The notes under the pieces are model-generated. The model saw only the letters and a program-made list of their open reading frames with translations. It did no database searches and was not told the origin of the DNA. 64,000 bases of DNA from Candidatus Krumholzibacteriia bacterium. Its GTDB lineage: Bacteria > Krumholzibacteriota > Krumholzibacteriia > JAJRXK01. Shown piece after piece: positions 60,411-64,000 of this stretch. Every line of letters starts with the position of its first letter. Position 1 is the first letter of the stretch. The stretch spans positions 813,296-877,295 of the forward strand of contig JBGPIA010000001.1 of assembly GCA_041484665.1 (NCBI GenBank), read 5' to 3'. Made by a program: the position numbers and the translations under genes.

Positions 60411-61202
60411 TCACCGCTCGCCCAGGGCGCGGGCGATCTCCTCGGCGATGATGCGCGCCACGTCGGCGTTGTGCGGCTCGCCGGGTCCAGCGGGGACCGG
60501 CGGGGTCCGCTCGGCGGCCGCTTCCTCCGCCGTCTTGCAGCTGGGCGGCGTGCCACTCAGGCCGTACATGGCACGTCCGGACTGCAGCCTGTCCACCTGC
60601 TGTTGCGAGAGCGGCTGCGGTCCGCCCAGCACCATCGACAGCAACGTGATGCGCGCCACGTGATCGACGGTCTCGAGCTTGTAGTACGCGTCGAGCACGT
60701 CCTTGCCCACGGCGACCACTCCGTGATTGCGCAGCAGGATCGCGTCGTGGTCGACGATCAGCTCGCAAACCACGGAGCCCACCTCGGCGGTCCCGGGTGT
60801 CGCGTACCGGGTCACGGGCACTGCACCCAGGCTCACCACGACCTCCGGCAGCAGGCACAGGTCGAGGTCGCGCCCAGCGGTGGCGAAGGCCGTGGCGAAC
60901 GGCGGGTGGCCATGGACGATGGCGCGCACATCGGGGCGCGCAGCGTAGATGGCCAGGTGCATCCCCAGCTCGGTGCTTGGGCGCGCGTCGCCCACCGGGC
61001 GCCCCTGCAGATCCGCCAGCGCGAGGTCCTCCGGCTGCAGGAAGCCCTTGCAGACGCCCGCCGGCGTGGCCAGCACCCAGTCGTCCCCCACGCGCGCGCT
61101 GACGTTTCCCTCCAGCCCGATCACCAGGCGGAAGCGGTACATGCGGCTGCCCACCTCGACGATGTCGCGGCGGGCGGCTTCCAGCGAAAGAGAGGTCGTC
61201 AT
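60411..61202 (-). CDS. Class II aldolase/adducin family protein
   Basis: HGHPPFATAFA... Zn-binding His cluster, GNVSARVGDDWVLATPAG. Start at MTTSLSLEAARRD. Confidence 0.8.
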   Translation of the reverse strand: MTTSLSLEAARRDIVEVGSRMYRFRLVIGLEGNVSARVGDDWVLATPAGVCKGFLQPEDLALADLQGRPVGDARPSTELGMHLAIYAARPDVRAIVHGHPPFATAFATAGRDLDLCLLPEVVVSLGAVPVTRYATPGTAEVGSVVCELIVDHDAILLRNHGVVAVGKDVLDAYYKLETVDHVARITLLSMVLGGPQPLSQQQVDRLQSGRAMYGLSGTPPSCKTAEEAAAERTPPVPAGPGEPHNADVARIIAEEIARALGER

Positions 61203-61352
61203 CGTTGACCCCAGTGAGCCCCGCTCCGTCCAAGCACGCTGGCCGTGGCGCGCGAGCAGCGCCCGAGTGTAGGGGCAGGCAAGTTGCGACACAAGCGGGG
61301 CGACCGCGAGGGAGCGACCACGAGGCGACCACGACGTCCGGGCGGCCGCGCG

Positions 61353-62336
61353 CTACGGCACGAGGACCGCTGCGCCCACCACGCTCCCAGCACGCAGCGC
61401 GGCGAGGGCCTGCTGCGCGTGCTCCAGCGGGTACCCATGCACCGTCACGCGTACGGGCACAGCGGGGGCGAGCCGGAAGAACTCCTCCCCATCGCGCCGT
61501 GTCAGATTGGCCACCGAGCGCACCACGCGCTCCCCCCAGAGGATCTCGTAGGGAAACGACGGGATGTCGCTCATGTGGATGCCGGCGCAGACGACCGTGC
61601 CACCCTTCCGCACGGCACGCAGCGCGGCCGGCACCAGCGCTCCAACCGGCGCGAAGAGGATCGCGGCGTCGAGGGGTTCGGGCGGCGCGGAGTCGGAGCC
61701 GCCCGCCCACTGTGAGCCCAGCGCGCGGGCGAAGCACTGCCCCTTTGCGTCACCGGGTTTGGTGAATGCGAACACGCGCCGGCCCTGGTAGCGCGCGATC
61801 TGGGCGATGATGTGCGCCGCCGCCCCGAAGCCGTAGAGCCCAAGGCGTTGCGCGTCCCCGGCGGCGATCAGCGACCGATAGCCGATCAGACCCGCGCACA
61901 ACAGCGGCGCGGCCTCCAGGTCCGAGTAGCCCGCCGGGAGCCCAAAGCAGAAGCGCTCGTCGGCGACCGCGTACTCGGCGTAGCCCCCGTCGAGGTCGTA
62001 GCCGGTGAAGCGAGCGCGGTCACAGAGATTCTCGCGGCCGGCCCGGCAGTGCTGGCATTCGCCGCAGCTCCACCCCAACCACGGCACGCCCACGCGATCG
62101 CCAAGTGACCAGCGCCGCGCTCCGGGGCCGGTCTCCAGCACGGTTCCGACGATCTCATGCCCGGGAATCAACGGCAGCTTGGGCTGCGGGAGCTCCCCGT
62201 CGATGATATGCAGGTCGGTGCGACACACGGCGCAGGCGTGCACGCGCAGCAGCACCTGCCCATCACCCGGCCGCGGGTCGGCCACCTGCGCCGCGCGTAA
62301 GGGAACGCGCGGACTCTCGAGCAGCATCGCTCGCAT
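61353..62336 (-). CDS. Zinc-dependent alcohol dehydrogenase (MDR family)
   Basis: GHEIVGTV zinc motif, structural-Zn CGECQHCRAGRENLC, Rossmann GFGAAAHI. Confidence 0.85.
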   Translation of the reverse strand: MRAMLLESPRVPLRAAQVADPRPGDGQVLLRVHACAVCRTDLHIIDGELPQPKLPLIPGHEIVGTVLETGPGARRWSLGDRVGVPWLGWSCGECQHCRAGRENLCDRARFTGYDLDGGYAEYAVADERFCFGLPAGYSDLEAAPLLCAGLIGYRSLIAAGDAQRLGLYGFGAAAHIIAQIARYQGRRVFAFTKPGDAKGQCFARALGSQWAGGSDSAPPEPLDAAILFAPVGALVPAALRAVRKGGTVVCAGIHMSDIPSFPYEILWGERVVRSVANLTRRDGEEFFRLAPAVPVRVTVHGYPLEHAQQALAALRAGSVVGAAVLVP

Positions 62337-62507
62337 CGTTGCCCACCTCCTCGTCCGCGCCGCGCCGCCGGCTCGCGACGCGGTGCATGGCCCGTGCTTT
62401 CGCCAAGCGAGGCTAGTATGGCACCACGCCGCGTGCGTAGCGCTCCCACGACGTGCGCAACGGGGGCGATGGACGCGCCGGGGCCGCCCGGGGCGGCGGT
62501 CGCGCCG

Positions 62508-63314
62508 TCATCGTGCCCGCCCCGTGGCGCGGGCGCGCGCCGTGCGGGCTCCCTGGCGGGCGGCGCGCAGCGGCGGCGGCGTGCGCGTGGCGCGCGTGAG
62601 CGCCAGCACCGCCACCACCGCAACATCGGGGTCCGTGCGCCAGGCGGCGTGGACCGCCAGCGGACGCGTGCCGGCGCGCGTGCGCACCCAGCAGCCCACG
62701 ATCTCGCCGCCGATGCGCAGCGGGCTGCCGGAGCCGCGTTCTTCGGCGGGCAGGCCGCCAAGGGCGAGCAGTGGGCGGTTCGTGATGCCGATGGACGGCA
62801 CACCCAGCTGCGCGCCCAGGTGCAGAGCGAGCCCGGCGCGGCGGGGGTGGTCGCGGCCCGTCGCGTTCACGAGCAGCAGATCCGCAACGCAGGGCAGCGC
62901 GCGGACCGCGGCCTCCAGCAACGGGCCCTCGCGCAGCGCGAGCAGCCCGGCGCCGTACGATGCGCCCGCGGCGCCGCGGACCACGGCCACGGCGACGATC
63001 CTGCCCGCGACCACCAGCGCGGCGGCAGCCCAGGCCGGATCGCCTGGCGATCCCGGCCCACCACCGCCGCGCGGGAAGCAGACGAAACAGCCGGCCACCG
63101 CGCCCAGGCTTTCCGCGTCCAGCTCCGGCGAGACAGGGGGCACCAAGCCTGCATCCGCGGGACCGGGGCGCGCCGTGCCGACGCCTTTGGCCGGGTGCCA
63201 GAGCGGCGGCGACTGCGCCCCCAGCTGCTGCTGCACCGCCATCAGCTCCTGCGGCGTCGCAGGCCAAGGCTGCACGAGCGCCTCCCCTGGTCCGTCCTCC
63301 GCGGGCCACTTCAT
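62508..63314 (-). CDS. nfi: Endonuclease V
   Basis: ...VAGCFVCF...YGAGLLALREGPLLEAAV...DLLLVNATGRDHPRRAGLALHLGAQLGVPSIGITN matches the EndoV core (YiPGlLafRE, DG.G..HPRr.G.AsHlGv...P.IG.AK). Start at MKWPAEDG. Confidence 0.8.
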   Translation of the reverse strand: MKWPAEDGPGEALVQPWPATPQELMAVQQQLGAQSPPLWHPAKGVGTARPGPADAGLVPPVSPELDAESLGAVAGCFVCFPRGGGGPGSPGDPAWAAAALVVAGRIVAVAVVRGAAGASYGAGLLALREGPLLEAAVRALPCVADLLLVNATGRDHPRRAGLALHLGAQLGVPSIGITNRPLLALGGLPAEERGSGSPLRIGGEIVGCWVRTRAGTRPLAVHAAWRTDPDVAVVAVLALTRATRTPPPLRAARQGARTARARATGRAR

Positions 63315-63589
63315 GTCAGCGCGCAGCGCCGAGCGGATCGATACCGGCGCTGCGCCAGGGGTAAGGTGAACATCCGAATGGCCCAGCGCCGGCTCACACA
63401 GTACCACGGGACGCCGGGAACCCGGCCACTGCGGGCACCGGGCGGGCGCCCCGTGCCGCGACGTCCCGGCACGCGTTGACGCCTCCCGCACCCGATGCAA
63501 TTGGAACAGCCCTTGCGATCCCTGGACCCGAACGACAACCGGCGACGCAACTGACGCATTGCCAACGAGCCAGGAAGGAGAGGCGTCCC

Positions 63590-64000
63590 ATGAGGTACAC
63601 AATGTTCACGCCCGTGCTTGCGCTGGGCCTTGCCGTGTGGGCGGTGACCCCGGCGCAGGCGCAGCTCGCGCGCGACCGTGTCGAGAAGGCCAACGACCGC
63701 GCTCAGATTCGCCAGGATAACCGCGCGCTGCGCGATGACCTGTCCGATGCCGCGCGCCTGCAAGCCCTACTCGATCGCTTCGACGCCGCGCGCGCGGGGC
63801 ACGATATGGCGGCCCTCGCGCGCATCGACGGCGAGCTTCGAACGTATCTGGGCTCCGAGCTCGGCGAGTCCAAGGTCGGGGTGGCGCGCGCCGGCAAGGA
63901 GGTTCGCCAGGACCGGCGCGAGGTGCGCTCCGATCGGCGCGAGATCCAGGGCAATCAGATCCAGGACGCTCCCCCGGTCGTTCGGGTAGATGACCGGCAC
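63590..64000 (+). CDS. Hypothetical secreted protein, 3' end beyond the window
   Basis: GGAAGGAG RBS. MRYTMFTPVLALGLAVWAVTPAQAQ signal peptide followed by a charged Arg/Asp/Gln-rich region. Not in the ORF track because no stop lies in the window. Confidence 0.5.
   Translation, partial: MRYTMFTPVLALGLAVWAVTPAQAQLARDRVEKANDRAQIRQDNRALRDDLSDAARLQALLDRFDAARAGHDMAALARIDGELRTYLGSELGESKVGVARAGKEVRQDRREVRSDRREIQGNQIQDAPPVVRVDDRH

Noticed and set aside
58527-61737. N-terminal halves of the ORF-track entries 56741-60130 (1129 aa) and 58696-61737 (1013 aa)
   Set aside because: Only the C-terminal parts (from MESPQH… and from MLVLLVV…) have domain content. The upstream extensions are Arg-rich read-through of neighbouring genes on the same strand in a different frame.
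62413-63309. Overlapping Arg/Ala-rich ORFs on both strands across the nfi gene
   Set aside because: Only the minus-strand frame from MKWPAEDG shows the endonuclease V core motifs. The others are compositional artefacts.

Overview
This is a high-GC (~68-70%) bacterial chromosomal window with about 55 genes on both strands. A T9SS-type C-terminal sorting domain, a GWxTD-domain protein and a CRTAC1/ASPIC-like FG-GAP protein suggest an FCB-group or Gemmatimonadota-like organism, or possibly a myxobacterium; this is inference only. Recognisable content is mostly housekeeping and envelope functions.

- **Sigma factors:** a partial RpoH-like sigma-70 factor at the 5' edge, and an ECF sigma / zinc-finger anti-sigma / DUF4252 operon.
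- **Proteases and peptidases:** an SppA peptidase with an N-terminal extension, an M1 aminopeptidase, and a fused two-module M16 peptidase.
- **Transport and membrane proteins:** an ABC-2 exporter pair, a TLC-type MFS transporter fused to HEAT repeats, an NhaD/ArsB-type antiporter, SPFH/HflK/HflC band-7 proteins, a TMEM175-like DUF1211 channel, and an Omp85-family barrel.
- **Polyphosphate cluster:** a ppk2-ppk2-ppk1 cluster.
- **Other enzymes and factors:** Lhr helicase, GAF-GAF-PP2C phosphatase, class II aldolase, Zn-ADH, endonuclease V.

The least ordinary content is as follows.

- **Duplicated element:** a ~490-bp element is present twice (433-924 and 6433-6925). It carries a 5' TTGACAATCTGTCAA palindrome, a ~240-nt conserved leader and a conserved small ORF of unknown family. 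Both copies are embedded in mobile-DNA debris: an IS91-family transposase fragment, a Ser/Thr kinase pseudogene with an in-frame TAG, and a phage S74 tail-fibre fragment.
- **Solitary shell protein:** a tandem-BMC-domain shell protein gene (BMC-T) stands alone, with a near-consensus promoter and a probable leaderless start.
- **Tandem-repeat protein:** a secreted glycine-rich protein is built from 16-aa (48-nt) tandem repeats.
- **Further gene decay:** an FG-GAP/VCBS pseudogene with two in-frame TAG codons, and an orphan T9SS C-terminal-domain fragment abutting ppk1.

No CRISPR arrays or rRNA genes were seen. The sequence was not systematically scanned for tRNAs.
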